Positions 1 through 9,955 of a stretch of DNA of 64,000 nt are shown in pieces (the first letter of the stretch is position 1; each line of letters opens with the position of its first letter). Below the pieces are notes generated by a model, which saw nothing but the letters and a program-made list of their open reading frames with translations, was not told where the DNA came from and did no database searches. The stretch is from an uncultured Verrucomicrobiota bacterium (lineage in GTDB: Bacteria > Verrucomicrobiota > Kiritimatiellia > JAAZAB01). The position numbers and the translations under genes were made by a program. The DNA lies in assembly GCA_964463985.1 (NCBI GenBank), contig CAYXEK010000002.1, positions 26,468-90,467 on the forward strand. The letters run 5' to 3'.

Positions 1-918
1 TTCGATGCCGCAGCGGTCCATTTCGCCGATGATCCCGCCGGCATCGCCAGGCCCGCAAACCGAAAGCTGCCAGCGGCCGTAATGCACATGCATGTCAATG
101 GCGGGATATGCGGTGAAGGAGGCTTGGGCGGACTTTGCGGAAGTCGGGTTTATTCCGAGCAACCGGCGCAAATTGGCGCCCAGAATATTTTGGCGGTCGG
201 CGGCAGACAAACCGGCCAATGCCGTCTGCGCCAGGACGCCGGCGGCGAAAATCACAGGGCTGTTGCTGCCGAATAACAGGCGTTGGGCGAAACCGCGGCT
301 GCACAGTCGTTCCAATTCGGCCGGCACATTCAACCGGCTGATTTCCAGGTTAAGATTCGGGCATTCCTCAAGTAACCGGCAATACAGGCGCGGTGCGATG
401 GCAGCAGGCCCGACAACCGCCACCGGCAAGGCGGGAAAAGCCATGCACAAGTTGCGGATGGCGTCCCAGTCAATGGATTCATCGCTCCAATGGCCTACCT
501 CGAAATCCACGAACAAAAGCGGATGCGGCTGCTGCAGCAGGCTTTCGGCAATGCCGGCCAAGCACCATGGTCGGACGGAAAAATGCCCGGCGCGCGGGCA
601 TATCCGCGCACAGGAAATGTTTCCGCGGCGCATGACCTGCAAAGCGCCATCAAGCGATGGTTCCCCGGGAACCAGGGTCAGGCACGGATGCAGCCGCGGT
701 TTGCCGGCAATGGCGTCCAGCAGCAGGCGGTTGCCCAGGTCGGGCCCGCATTCGCGCGCCAGCACGCTGTAAACCAGCGCTTCGCCGATGCCAACGCGGT
801 CCATGTATTCCAGCAATCCGTCCGACGACGCGAAGGGAGGAAAATCGCCCGCGGCAAACCGTCCCAGCCCGATATTGGCGTCAAACACCAATGCGCTGTT
901 CCATGCCATTGTTTTCAT
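1..918 (-). CDS. Amidohydrolase-2 (PF04909-like) protein, 5' part only; the ORF runs off the window at position 1. The N-terminal domain has FDAN in place of HxH; a second domain then begins with AIDMHVHYG.
   Basis: Uninterrupted minus-frame translation from the ATG near 918 to position 1: MKTMAWNSALVFDANIGLGRF...ILGANLRRLLGI...AIDMHVHYGRW. It resembles the other amidohydrolase ORFs in the window (IDAHSHI, IDIHVHLG, VDAHAHLG). Confidence 0.5.
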   Translation of the reverse strand, partial: MKTMAWNSALVFDANIGLGRFAAGDFPPFASSDGLLEYMDRVGIGEALVYSVLARECGPDLGNRLLLDAIAGKPRLHPCLTLVPGEPSLDGALQVMRRGNISCARICPRAGHFSVRPWCLAGIAESLLQQPHPLLFVDFEVGHWSDESIDWDAIRNLCMAFPALPVAVVGPAAIAPRLYCRLLEECPNLNLEISRLNVPAELERLCSRGFAQRLLFGSNSPVIFAAGVLAQTALAGLSAADRQNILGANLRRLLGINPTSAKSAQASFTAYPAIDMHVHYGRWQLSVCGPGDAGGIIGEMDRCGIE

Positions 919-1150
919 GGAATTCACTGGATTTTTGGCGTAAAAACGTACGGAAATAAAAAATACCAAACAGTACTGTTTATCAAGCCAGTGGCGTGCA
1001 TAAGTCAGCTTTTGAAAGCAATATTCAGCATCCAGCAGTCAGAACCGCGTCCTCCGAGCCAACCAAAACCGGATGCAAACAATTGCGGTGCAATGGATGC
1101 AAGCGCGGCAATAAAGTTTATCACGGCATACATAAACTGCTTCATCCGGC

Positions 1151-2581
1151 TCATCTTATCTGAAATATCGCGCCGCCAAATAAATATTCATAACACCCCA
1201 TGTCCACCCGCTTATGTATTGCGTCCACCCGATGGTGCCCATTCAAATCAACCGCGCCGGCTTCATGCATCCAGGGCAGATTCCACCCGGCATTAATACA
1301 GGGAGACCTGATGTCCAGATTGAAATCAGATTCAGGATTGATAAACCGGGGATAATTTGTGATATTGTCCGGGCCGGCCAGCGCGGCGGAGGCGCAGCAA
1401 TTTGTGAATTCGACCTGGTTTGTATAATAAACATCGTAATACATATTGGAATAAATAATGGAATTGACGACCACCCCGGTTCCGTTGCCGGCAAAAATCG
1501 GGTCGGTGAGCAATCCGGAAAGGCCTCCATTGCGGTTGTTGGCCACCGTGCAATTTTCCAGCCGGCCGCCCCGCCATAATTCCACGGCAAAGTTGTTCTC
1601 CAAATTTGAATTGCCGACGATTAACGAGTTGCGTACAGCCGCTTCGGTACCGAGCCAGAAATAAACTCCGCTGCCGCGCCTTGTGCTGCTGGTGGTGCGC
1701 ACCTGGTAGTTGGAAGCAATCAGGCAATTATCTACGATTCCGCCATTATATAAAATATTGATCCCGCCGCCGCACGCATAGGCCGTATTATGGGTGATTG
1801 TGCACCAGCGCGCCGTCACGGCATTTGCAGGATAGGGCGGCGTATTGTTGCCAAGCAAATACAATCCGCCGCCGCCATCGGGATAACTGCCATGAGCCGC
1901 ATAATTCGAAACGATTGTGCAATGTTCAACAATTCCGGTGGTAAAATAGCGGATAAAGATTCCTGCGCCCCGCCCGGCATAATTCGAACTGATCAAACTG
2001 TGCGTGATCTTTCCGTTCCATGGCGCAAAGACGGCGATGCCGCCCCCGCCATAACCAATTGGCACGCTGGTATTATTTTTTACAATGCAGTTTGTGACAA
2101 GCCGGCAAGCCGTAATGAGCATTCCGCCGCCGTAAAGATTCGTCACCGTGCCGCCCTGGATCGTCAAGCCATCCAGTTCCGCTGCGGCGTGGTTGATGTT
2201 CAAAACCCGGTTGGTAACCGGCTTGCCGTCAAAATTTGCGCCATCCAAGATGGTGCTTTCCGGCGCGACGACGCCGTTGCTCCAGCTGCGCAAGACGACG
2301 CCTTTATTCACGGCAATCTCATTGGTCAGATGATATACGCCATTGGATATGTAAACGATATTGCCGCCGTTCGTATTGATCGCGCCGATGGCATCCTGAA
2401 TGTTGGTGGCGGCAGTCGGCCAGGTAATGTAAATGCCGTCCGGCGCCGCGCCGGGCGTACCGGGCGGAACCACATACACATTAGTGGAGATGGCCGCTGC
2501 CGCGGGCAGGAATAAAAAGCATAAAACCGCTCTGCGAAAACCGGATATCCCGTCAGGCATGTAATGCAGGTTGACCATCAT
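1151..2581 (-). CDS. Secreted right-handed parallel beta-helix repeat protein (paralog P1 of a 4-member family)
   Basis: 476-aa ORF with an N-terminal signal-like hydrophobic segment. Conserved block NVYVVPPGTPGAAPDG..W.TAATNIQDAI, then repeated Gly/Asn-rich beta-helix turns (GGGI..N.., NCxIxxN). C-terminal DLNG.HRVD...VDMGCYEY motif is shared with the ORFs at 12936, 29696 and 57182. Confidence 0.7.
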   Translation of the reverse strand: MMVNLHYMPDGISGFRRAVLCFLFLPAAAAISTNVYVVPPGTPGAAPDGIYITWPTAATNIQDAIGAINTNGGNIVYISNGVYHLTNEIAVNKGVVLRSWSNGVVAPESTILDGANFDGKPVTNRVLNINHAAAELDGLTIQGGTVTNLYGGGMLITACRLVTNCIVKNNTSVPIGYGGGGIAVFAPWNGKITHSLISSNYAGRGAGIFIRYFTTGIVEHCTIVSNYAAHGSYPDGGGGLYLLGNNTPPYPANAVTARWCTITHNTAYACGGGINILYNGGIVDNCLIASNYQVRTTSSTRRGSGVYFWLGTEAAVRNSLIVGNSNLENNFAVELWRGGRLENCTVANNRNGGLSGLLTDPIFAGNGTGVVVNSIIYSNMYYDVYYTNQVEFTNCCASAALAGPDNITNYPRFINPESDFNLDIRSPCINAGWNLPWMHEAGAVDLNGHHRVDAIHKRVDMGCYEYLFGGAIFQIR

Positions 2582-2641
2582 TTTTCCCTCCTGTCGGCGT
2601 TAGACCCATCTTTCGGCAAGCCGCGGGCATTATCCGCGGCA

Positions 2642-3913
2642 TTATTTATTAAGCGCTGAGTTTGTCTTGCCGCCAGCCGGCAACCGTGACACAGCGGAAG
2701 TCGCCGGCGCATAACCGGGATTCATGCCCCATACGACATTGCCTTGTTTGTGTTCCACCGGAGAATTGAACAAGTTGTTGCCGTCAATGAAAATCCGGCA
2801 CTCTTCTCCAACGAGCGGACTGTCAATTGTCAACGGACTGTTGACCAGAATATTATGATCAAAAGTAATGCCGACCCCGCCGTCCACGCCGCCGAGGATC
2901 ACCGGAACGTTGCGGAAGATGTTGTTGTTAACCATATCCATGTATCCGTCAATCAATATTGATCTTGTGGTTCCATTGTTGATCACGATATTGTTGGCAA
3001 TTATTCCATGGTAAAGATTGGTCTTGTCTCCCCCGCCGTACCGGTTTGACGGCCAGTTGTTGATCGGATGCGCGGCAAGCGTGCCGCCTTTGTCAATGAA
3101 TATCTTGTTATTGACAATGTGATAAACCTTTGAGGCATCGGTGGCAAAGCCGTATCCGGCATGCTCCCCGTCTTTGACCCGCAAGGTGCATCCTTCAATG
3201 CGTCCGGAATGGCCCAGCAACTCTATCACGTGCGAGCCGAAATTGCCCGTAAAATAACAGTTCAGGACTTCAACACAGCTTCCGGAAAGCATGACCGCCA
3301 TCAACTGGCAGTTTTCAATCCGGCAATTTTCCACCCTGACATTGGCGGGATAAGATCCAAACGCGCTTTTGGCGATTGACTTGACGCCGTTCCCGCCGCG
3401 CCACCCGGAACGGGAACGCAGCCAGGGCACCTGCCTGGCGCTGTTCCCGTCGATAAACAGGTCGCGGATAGTTATATTGCTGATATTCCCGTTAATCCAA
3501 ACCACATTTTTATCGGTCAGCCCGTCCTGCAGGACCAGACGGGTGCCGCAACCGTCGCCCGTCAAAAGCACATTGCTGCGTAAAATGCTTATGCCGCCGA
3601 AAGTCCCGTCTGTCCCGCCGATATTGAATGTTCCTGCCGCCAGATGCACCCGGCCGCCCTGTTCCGGCAAGGCTGCAATCATCTTGTTTATCGGGAGGTG
3701 ATCGTTGGTGCCGGCGCAGACTGAATCGGCTTGGGCTTTCAGATTTTCCGGAGAATCCGACGCCGCAATGATCCAAAAGGCGTGGGGCTTTTTTGGTTCG
3801 GCATTATCGGCAACCGCGTGCGTGCCGGCGTCATCTGGAACCGACGGCTCGCCTTGCAGCGTCGGGCAACCAAGCCAAAACAGCGCCAACACCGAAATGT
3901 AAACAGCCCGCAT
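2642..3913 (-). CDS. Secreted beta-helix (pectin-lyase-fold) protein
   Basis: 423-aa ORF with an N-terminal signal peptide (MRAVYISVLALFWLGC). Repeated NxxIxxNxxxG beta-helix turns (NITIRDLFIDGN, NCRIENC, IANNIVINNG). Confidence 0.6.
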   Translation of the reverse strand: MRAVYISVLALFWLGCPTLQGEPSVPDDAGTHAVADNAEPKKPHAFWIIAASDSPENLKAQADSVCAGTNDHLPINKMIAALPEQGGRVHLAAGTFNIGGTDGTFGGISILRSNVLLTGDGCGTRLVLQDGLTDKNVVWINGNISNITIRDLFIDGNSARQVPWLRSRSGWRGGNGVKSIAKSAFGSYPANVRVENCRIENCQLMAVMLSGSCVEVLNCYFTGNFGSHVIELLGHSGRIEGCTLRVKDGEHAGYGFATDASKVYHIVNNKIFIDKGGTLAAHPINNWPSNRYGGGDKTNLYHGIIANNIVINNGTTRSILIDGYMDMVNNNIFRNVPVILGGVDGGVGITFDHNILVNSPLTIDSPLVGEECRIFIDGNNLFNSPVEHKQGNVVWGMNPGYAPATSAVSRLPAGGKTNSALNK

Positions 3914-4080
3914 GCTTAACCTCCATTTGCTGATTATCTGCTTTTTACAATTGTGACAAATTCAATGCGTTTAAGCAAGTGTGCAGTCCGGCACCGGGAA
4001 TTGGCGTTAAGTATTGCCCTGAAAATCAATTGCGGAACAGGTCGGCGCTAATAACGACCAAAGGCAGGCGGAACCGTCAA

Positions 4081-4905
4081 CTATCTAATATGGTCGGGGT
4101 TGACCTTTTCAGACATGGCGCGCCGATAACGGCGGCTTGCCTGTAAAAATCTTTGCGCATTGCCGCCCAGGATCATGGCTTTATGGTCCTCGGGCGCGCG
4201 CAAAGCCCTGATCCGCCTGAGATAGGCCGTGATTATTGCCGGATGCCCCAGCCCGCCGTCCGACCCGAAAAGCAGTTTTTCTGGGCCAAGGGTGTCATAC
4301 AAAGCTTGTATTCCCATTTGACTTGGGCCGCTCAAGCACAACCATAAATTCGGCAATTCCCGCGCCGCCGGGATAAAATCCGGCCAATGCTCGCGCAAAC
4401 CGCTGTGGGCCGACACAACCGTGAGTTTCGGATGTTTGCGGGCAAAACACACCGTCTGGATGGCCGAGCAATACTCCGGCGATCCATCATGGAAAGTCAC
4501 CGGCAATCCCTGGGTGATGGCTTCTTCCGCCAATATATCCATCCCCGGCGAAGCCAGCGAAACGCCCTGCACCAGCGGATGAAGCTTGATGCCGAACAGT
4601 CCGAGCGGGCCGGCAATGCGGCGGATTTCGGCGCGCAACTTGGACTCGGGCCAGGCCGGCATGACTGTACCCCAGGGATAAAGAAAGTCCGGCGCCTGAT
4701 CGCGCAGGCGCGCCAGGCCGTCATTGCTCTCCGGGATTCTCGACTCAAGCCACAGCCCATTCAACATGAAAACGAAGGCAGCATCCACGCCATTGGCGCG
4801 GTATTGATCAAGGTACCCGGCCAGGTCGGTATTTCTGCCATACAGGCCCGCGCCGCCCTGAAACTCCGCCAGCGGCTCGATGTGGCTGTGGGCGTCAATA
4901 ATCAT
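4081..4905 (-). CDS. Amidohydrolase-2 family protein (sugar-lactonase/decarboxylase-type TIM-barrel hydrolase)
   Basis: 274-aa ORF. N-terminal MIIDAHSHI metal-binding HxH motif, an internal HSG segment and C-terminal ILGGNAQRFL are typical of PF04909-type amidohydrolases. Confidence 0.7.
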   Translation of the reverse strand: MIIDAHSHIEPLAEFQGGAGLYGRNTDLAGYLDQYRANGVDAAFVFMLNGLWLESRIPESNDGLARLRDQAPDFLYPWGTVMPAWPESKLRAEIRRIAGPLGLFGIKLHPLVQGVSLASPGMDILAEEAITQGLPVTFHDGSPEYCSAIQTVCFARKHPKLTVVSAHSGLREHWPDFIPAARELPNLWLCLSGPSQMGIQALYDTLGPEKLLFGSDGGLGHPAIITAYLRRIRALRAPEDHKAMILGGNAQRFLQASRRYRRAMSEKVNPDHIR

Positions 4906-5136
4906 AACCCTGAATCCGTAACGGGATTTTATGTTGTCAAGATAATGTTCGAATTAACAATAATTTGCGGCATCTTACAATATCACAAAAAATATGCGAC
5001 GTTGTTAAACGGAAAAGACCGCCCTGCGGGTGAGGCCATTATGCCGCATCTGCTTAGTTGCGAAGGACTCGCGGTATGTTTATACAGCTTCATCCTTCGC
5101 GCCGCGCATCTGCGGCATACTGGCCTCATCACGGAT

Positions 5137-5877
5137 TCAGGATAACGGCAATTTGTCCTTGAAAATCAACCGGGCGTTCGCGCTGCAGATCCGCTCCATA
5201 TCGCCGGCCTCGAAAACATCGCCCATGGTTTGCAATTCCAACGCCGGGATATATTCCGGGGCATTTGACCCGAAAACCGCCCGGCCGGCCAGGCCCGCCG
5301 TCCGCCATTGCAGGTAATTGCCCGGTCCGTTGCGCGAGGTTTCAAGCCATACGTTATCCGCGAATTCCAGGCCGCGCATGGCGTCGTAATAATAATCGGA
5401 AGCCCCGGCATGCCCCATGATGAATTGCAAACCAGGATACCGCCGCGCCAGTTCGATCAGTTGAAACGGCTCGGCCAGGCCGGCGGTGCCGGTATGCGCA
5501 TAAACCGGCGCCTGGTGTTTTTCCGCGATGTCCAGCAACGGATCAACCAGCGGATCACAAAGGCGGAATCCCTGCAGCACCGGATGCAGTTTCAAGCCCG
5601 CCAATCCCGCGTCCAGGGCGCGGCGCAGTTCATCCACCGCCCGGGCGCCGAACCAGGGATTGGCCACGGCCATGCCGGCCAGGCGGTCCGGATGCGCCTG
5701 CACGGCCCGAACGACATAATCATTCCCCGCGCGATTGTCAACGGCGATGAAGCGATCCATGGGGCATACCACGGCGATCGCGATTTCAGCGTCATCCATC
5801 AAACGCAGGAGATCCTCCGGCTCCAGGCGCATTTTGATGCCCGAACCGAGATGGACATGTATATCAATCTTACTCAT
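5137..5877 (-). CDS. Amidohydrolase-2 family protein
   Basis: 246-aa ORF starting MSKIDIHVHLG (HxH motif). C-terminal ICSANARLIF. Its start overlaps the stop of the upstream DegT gene by 4 bp (5874-5877). Confidence 0.7.
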   Translation of the reverse strand: MSKIDIHVHLGSGIKMRLEPEDLLRLMDDAEIAIAVVCPMDRFIAVDNRAGNDYVVRAVQAHPDRLAGMAVANPWFGARAVDELRRALDAGLAGLKLHPVLQGFRLCDPLVDPLLDIAEKHQAPVYAHTGTAGLAEPFQLIELARRYPGLQFIMGHAGASDYYYDAMRGLEFADNVWLETSRNGPGNYLQWRTAGLAGRAVFGSNAPEYIPALELQTMGDVFEAGDMERICSANARLIFKDKLPLS

Positions 5878-7118
5878 CTTATTCCGGATTGAGATCCATC
5901 ATCTCGGAGCAAATGCCGGCCCGGCGCATTGATGTTACGCTCACCGATTCTTGCTTTGATCTTTCCGGCCAAGCCTATAATTTCCCGTTGTGTATAATTG
6001 TTGAGCAGACTTGTAATTCCAATCACGCACATCCTGGGCGCAACGTATTCCGCGTTGGGACAAAGCCCCTCGGCATATCGTATTCTTCCTCCGTAATAAC
6101 GGCATGACAAGGGACAGCCCCGGTTGCCGTACATCTTCATCCCGGAAATCAGCGGATGAAGATAAATCGGTTTCTCATAGGAACCCACGCTGACACAAGC
6201 GCCTTGCATGTCGTTTTTGAAGCTTCGGATAGTTTTCCCGCATGCCGCGTCATCGAATAAAAACGCGTAAGACTGCGCCGAATCCGTCACATCGGCCGGC
6301 GCCGGTCTGGGAACCAGGCATTTGCCTGCCCGGATGGCGAGATCGAACAGGCCGGCGGCCGCAATATGGCGCGCAATCATGGCGTCCATCTTGTCCGTTT
6401 GCGCGAGGCCCACGGCCGATTGCAGCTCGGTGATGCGGTAATTCCAGCCCAAATAGCCGCCCATCTCTTTTTCCCTGCCCTTGATAAACCCATGCAGGCG
6501 CGACCGCAGCAGGCCGTCGCGGAGTTTCCGGTCATTGGTCAAAGCCATGCCGCCGTCACCCAGCGTGAGTTGTTTGCCCGCGGCAAAGGAGAAAACGCCA
6601 ATGTCGCCAATCGTTCCAACCCATTGCCCCTTGTATTTCGAACGCAAGCTGAGCGCGCAATCTTCAATCAGCACCAGCTTGTGGCGGCGCGCGATGGCGG
6701 CAATGGCATCCATCTCGCAGGGCAGGCCAAACAAATGGGTACAAATAACGGCCTTGGTCCGCTTTGTGATGCGCCTATCCAGCGAAGCCGGATCCATATT
6801 GAACGTCGTTCTGCGCACATCCGCGAACACCGGGACGGCATTCTGACACAGAACGGCAGCGGCGGCGAACCTGGAAATGGGATCCACAAGGACTTCGTCG
6901 CCGGCGCCCACCCCGGCCGCAATTAACGCGGAATGCAGCACTGAGCTGGCGGAATTCATGGCAACCGCGTATTTTACGCCGAAACGTTTGGCAAAGGCAG
7001 CCTCGAACAAAGGAGTAAATTTCGCGCGCGGCGAAGTGCAGGTTAAGACCTCGGATCGAAGCACTTCGTTGAGGTTTAACCGCTCCTGTTTTCCAAATCT
7101 TTTCATTGAGCATTCCAT
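5874..7118 (-). CDS. DegT/DnrJ/EryC1/StrS-family PLP-dependent sugar aminotransferase
   Basis: 414-aa ORF with the AAT-fold signature: an N-terminal Gly-rich segment, FSFAAGKQLT (the PLP-lysine context), and G.Y.GW.YR.TELQSAVGL. It directly abuts the stop of the upstream C45 gene (7119). Confidence 0.8.
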   Translation of the reverse strand: MECSMKRFGKQERLNLNEVLRSEVLTCTSPRAKFTPLFEAAFAKRFGVKYAVAMNSASSVLHSALIAAGVGAGDEVLVDPISRFAAAAVLCQNAVPVFADVRRTTFNMDPASLDRRITKRTKAVICTHLFGLPCEMDAIAAIARRHKLVLIEDCALSLRSKYKGQWVGTIGDIGVFSFAAGKQLTLGDGGMALTNDRKLRDGLLRSRLHGFIKGREKEMGGYLGWNYRITELQSAVGLAQTDKMDAMIARHIAAAGLFDLAIRAGKCLVPRPAPADVTDSAQSYAFLFDDAACGKTIRSFKNDMQGACVSVGSYEKPIYLHPLISGMKMYGNRGCPLSCRYYGGRIRYAEGLCPNAEYVAPRMCVIGITSLLNNYTQREIIGLAGKIKARIGERNINAPGRHLLRDDGSQSGIR

Positions 7119-8228
7119 TTAAAACGGGGCTGTCTTCCAATCCAACACCAGGCGTTCATAGCGGTTTTGGCAGGGATAGCCCCAGTTAAAATGCAATTCG
7201 CTGCGGCCTGCGCCGGGGCGGATAATCCAACTGTATATGGTGTGATAACTGCCGGGAATGTGCTGGCAAATGTGGTGTTCGCCGTCATGATCCGCCAGGA
7301 CGCGCTTGGCCAGTTCGATCGGGCGGCGCTCCGGCGCCACTTGTCCCACCTTTTTGCATAAATGATCGTAACGCGCCCGGGAATTTTCAAGGATTGCCCG
7401 CACGGCATCGGACGGCGGTATTTTCCCCGTAATGGAATGATTGGTGCAAGCCAGGAACCCCGTGTCATCCGGGCGGCGGATCGCCAGCAATCCCGGCGCA
7501 TATTCGAGCACTGCCGCGCCGCCGGCCGCGTCCAGCAGCGCAAGATTGGCGCCCTTGCCGGTCAAGCCCGCTTCTTCCGCCAGGCGGCAGCATTCGTCCG
7601 TTGTTTTCATAGTGGCAAGCATAACCGGCATGGCGTTGGCCAATCCCCTGCGCGCGGGCGGCGCGGACGAGCTGGAACTTGATCCGCCGACCGCCAGTCC
7701 CGCGGAATTAACGCCGACGCCTCCCATCAGCCCCAGGTATCCGGTGCAGGCATAGGACAATCCGTCGTCCGCCAGATGCACGCTCAACACCTGCCATTCG
7801 CGCTCAGCCTCGCTCAGATCGCAAGTGCGCGCCAGCCATGGACCGTCCGGCCCGCGGGTTGTCAGGGCATTGGAACAGCCAGGTTGCAGCAGCGGGCGGA
7901 TATCGTTATGAAACGCCAGGATTCGGCAGGCGTCATAATTCATTCCGGCGCCATCCGCGCGCCCTTTAAGCTCAGCGAAAAATTGCGGATGGTACTGCCG
8001 GACGGTATTTTCCAACTCTTTAAGGATTTCGCAATATTCCGCGGTCAACACTTCCGCAGCCGGTTTTTTCACAAACCGGTCATAATACGCCGGCAAGTAA
8101 TTTTTGAAAGCCTTGCCGTACTGCACACCGCGTTGATAGGCATTGCCTTTCAAAACAATGCGCGGACATTGCGCCGCGTCGGCCGGGCCTTGGATGATGT
8201 CGCCGTTAGCCATACCAATTCCTTGCAT
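7119..8228 (-). CDS. C45-family (acyl-CoA:6-aminopenicillanic-acid acyltransferase-like) Ntn amidohydrolase/acyltransferase, paralog 1
   Basis: The track ORF runs to 8357, but that would overlap the amidohydrolase stop at 8270. The ATG at 8228 (MQGIGMANGD) aligns with the start of the paralog at 14691. Candidate nucleophile context LSYACTGYLGLMGG; poly-Ser linker. Family assignment is by eye. Confidence 0.5.
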   Translation of the reverse strand: MQGIGMANGDIIQGPADAAQCPRIVLKGNAYQRGVQYGKAFKNYLPAYYDRFVKKPAAEVLTAEYCEILKELENTVRQYHPQFFAELKGRADGAGMNYDACRILAFHNDIRPLLQPGCSNALTTRGPDGPWLARTCDLSEAEREWQVLSVHLADDGLSYACTGYLGLMGGVGVNSAGLAVGGSSSSSSAPPARRGLANAMPVMLATMKTTDECCRLAEEAGLTGKGANLALLDAAGGAAVLEYAPGLLAIRRPDDTGFLACTNHSITGKIPPSDAVRAILENSRARYDHLCKKVGQVAPERRPIELAKRVLADHDGEHHICQHIPGSYHTIYSWIIRPGAGRSELHFNWGYPCQNRYERLVLDWKTAPF

Positions 8229-8269
8229 GCATTTTCCAAAACTGCGTTGATCCTTGCTGTATGTCTGTG

Positions 8270-9064
8270 CTAGGGTGAGAATCCGGATTTGCCGATAATT
8301 TTCAACATATTCCCACCCAATATCTTCCGCTTGTCCGCGTCGGCGATTCCAGCGCACAGAATCGCGCCTATTCTATGGGCCAAGTCCGACAAAGGCATAT
8401 CCGAACCGAAGATTATCCGCTCCGACCCGGCGGCCGCGGTCAATCTTTCGATCGCCCCGGACTGCATTTGCGTCCAAGCCGTATCGAGATAAACATTGGC
8501 ATACTGTTTAACTATTGCGGCGGACGCTTCTTCCTCGCCGGAATTATAATGGGCGAGAATGAAGGATGTTTTTTTATATTTCCGCGCTATATTGCGCAGC
8601 GTATCAGCCCGCGGCCCGCTGGCGATATGGGCCAACACGGCCAGCCTGTGTTGATTGGCGAATTCCCATACCGCCTTATAATTCGGGCCGTCAACCGGAT
8701 ATTTGTGAATAATTTCATGCGCTTTTATCCCCCGCATTCCGGCAGCATAACATCTTTCCAGTTCCGGCTGGATTTCCGCCGGGTAATGCGGGTTGACGCT
8801 GATGAAACCGACAAATCGGCGCGGATATTGCCGCATGGCCTCTATGATGATGTTATTCCCTTGTTCAACATCGGGATATTGGATGGCATTAACACATGCC
8901 ATATCAACGCCGATCACATCCATCGCTTCCACCAAGTCGGCAGCACTCCGGTATAAACACGCGGCTTTGCTGTATGTTCCCAGGTGGGCATGCGCGTCAA
9001 CAATGGACACCCCCTGCATTCTCGCGCCGGCCAGGCCGAAGGAAAGCAACGATTGCGCCCGCAT
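8270..9064 (-). CDS. Amidohydrolase-2 family protein
   Basis: 264-aa ORF with VSIVDAHAHLG (HxH motif) and C-terminal ILGGNMLKII. Confidence 0.7.
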   Translation of the reverse strand: MRAQSLLSFGLAGARMQGVSIVDAHAHLGTYSKAACLYRSAADLVEAMDVIGVDMACVNAIQYPDVEQGNNIIIEAMRQYPRRFVGFISVNPHYPAEIQPELERCYAAGMRGIKAHEIIHKYPVDGPNYKAVWEFANQHRLAVLAHIASGPRADTLRNIARKYKKTSFILAHYNSGEEEASAAIVKQYANVYLDTAWTQMQSGAIERLTAAAGSERIIFGSDMPLSDLAHRIGAILCAGIADADKRKILGGNMLKIIGKSGFSP

Positions 9065-9933
9065 TAAAAAACAACTCCTTTCAGAAGTCCGGCCAGATTT
9101 CCCCCGGCAATCAGCCGCTTTTCGGTTTGGCTGATTCCGGCATAATTCACCGCCGCCACCGCCGGAAAGGGGTTAAAGTACGGCATTCTGGTACTGAATA
9201 TCAACCGCCGCGCGCCATAGTTCCTGCACACATATTCAAGCCCGCGGAAAACTTGATAGCCGGCTGTTTCGATAAAGAGATTTTTACATTTTTGAAACAA
9301 AGGAAAAATCTTCCTGGGATAATTTGTCAAACGGCTGCCGGACAAAACGACCGGCATGTCGTTGAAGGCGCCGCAAACCTGGTACAGATTATCCCAAAAA
9401 CAGGCCGCGGGATTGGCGGGCAGCTCCAGAAAAACAGGAATCTTGTGGATATGAAACCGATGGAACAGATCATTGAACACCCAACGCGACAATTCAAGGC
9501 GATATGAATCCAAAAATATTCTTGCGGCTTTTATTCGTTTGCTTTGCATCCTCTCAATCAAGATTTTGGGCGTATGGAACTCCCCTGTGTGATGGGGCAG
9601 AACAACCCAACACGGGAATAACCCCGACTTTTTCAATGTCATTTTCAATATTTCGCTGTTGCCGGCATCAGGATCGTTATCCATGGCCGTAGCGCTGAAT
9701 GCCAGCCATTTTGAAATATTATAAACTCCGGCGGTTTGCGCCAATTTATCCGCAACAAGGCAACCGGCTCGCGGCGGCACCAGCGGTTTGCCAAGCATTG
9801 CGTTGGCATCGAAAAATTCGATTGGCGTTACGGCATGCATATTTTCCGACAACATCCTTTGGTTTTCATTTGCGTAACTTTCCAGCTGAAACACGCCAAC
9901 ATATTTACCCGGCGCCGCAATCATATTGACCAT
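9064..9933 (-). CDS. Amidohydrolase-2-like protein, FDAN variant lacking the HxH motif
   Basis: 289-aa ORF. EFFDANAMLGKP occupies the place of the HxH motif. C-terminal LIAGGNLAGLL matches the family. One-base overlap with the downstream gene. Confidence 0.5.
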   Translation of the reverse strand: MVNMIAAPGKYVGVFQLESYANENQRMLSENMHAVTPIEFFDANAMLGKPLVPPRAGCLVADKLAQTAGVYNISKWLAFSATAMDNDPDAGNSEILKMTLKKSGLFPCWVVLPHHTGEFHTPKILIERMQSKRIKAARIFLDSYRLELSRWVFNDLFHRFHIHKIPVFLELPANPAACFWDNLYQVCGAFNDMPVVLSGSRLTNYPRKIFPLFQKCKNLFIETAGYQVFRGLEYVCRNYGARRLIFSTRMPYFNPFPAVAAVNYAGISQTEKRLIAGGNLAGLLKGVVF

Positions 9934-9955
9934 GAATCATTCGATTTCGACAGGA

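Noticed and set aside
2290-2400. ~110-bp near-identical inverted patch between beta-helix paralogs P1 (2290-2400, minus) and P3 (29875-29985, plus) as a potential inversion substrate for the intervening 27 kb
   Set aside because: The patch is short, has mismatches, and falls in the most conserved coding block of the family. Conservation by selection explains it without invoking recombination, and there is no evidence for inversion.
3990-4010. Sigma-54-like TGGCGT-N6-TTGC match (TTGGCGTTAAGTATTGCC) in the gap upstream of the beta-helix gene at 2642-3913
   Set aside because: Spacing between the GG and GC elements is off by one. It is on the plus strand while the flanking genes are transcribed on the minus strand. 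No bEBP-type activator is in the window.
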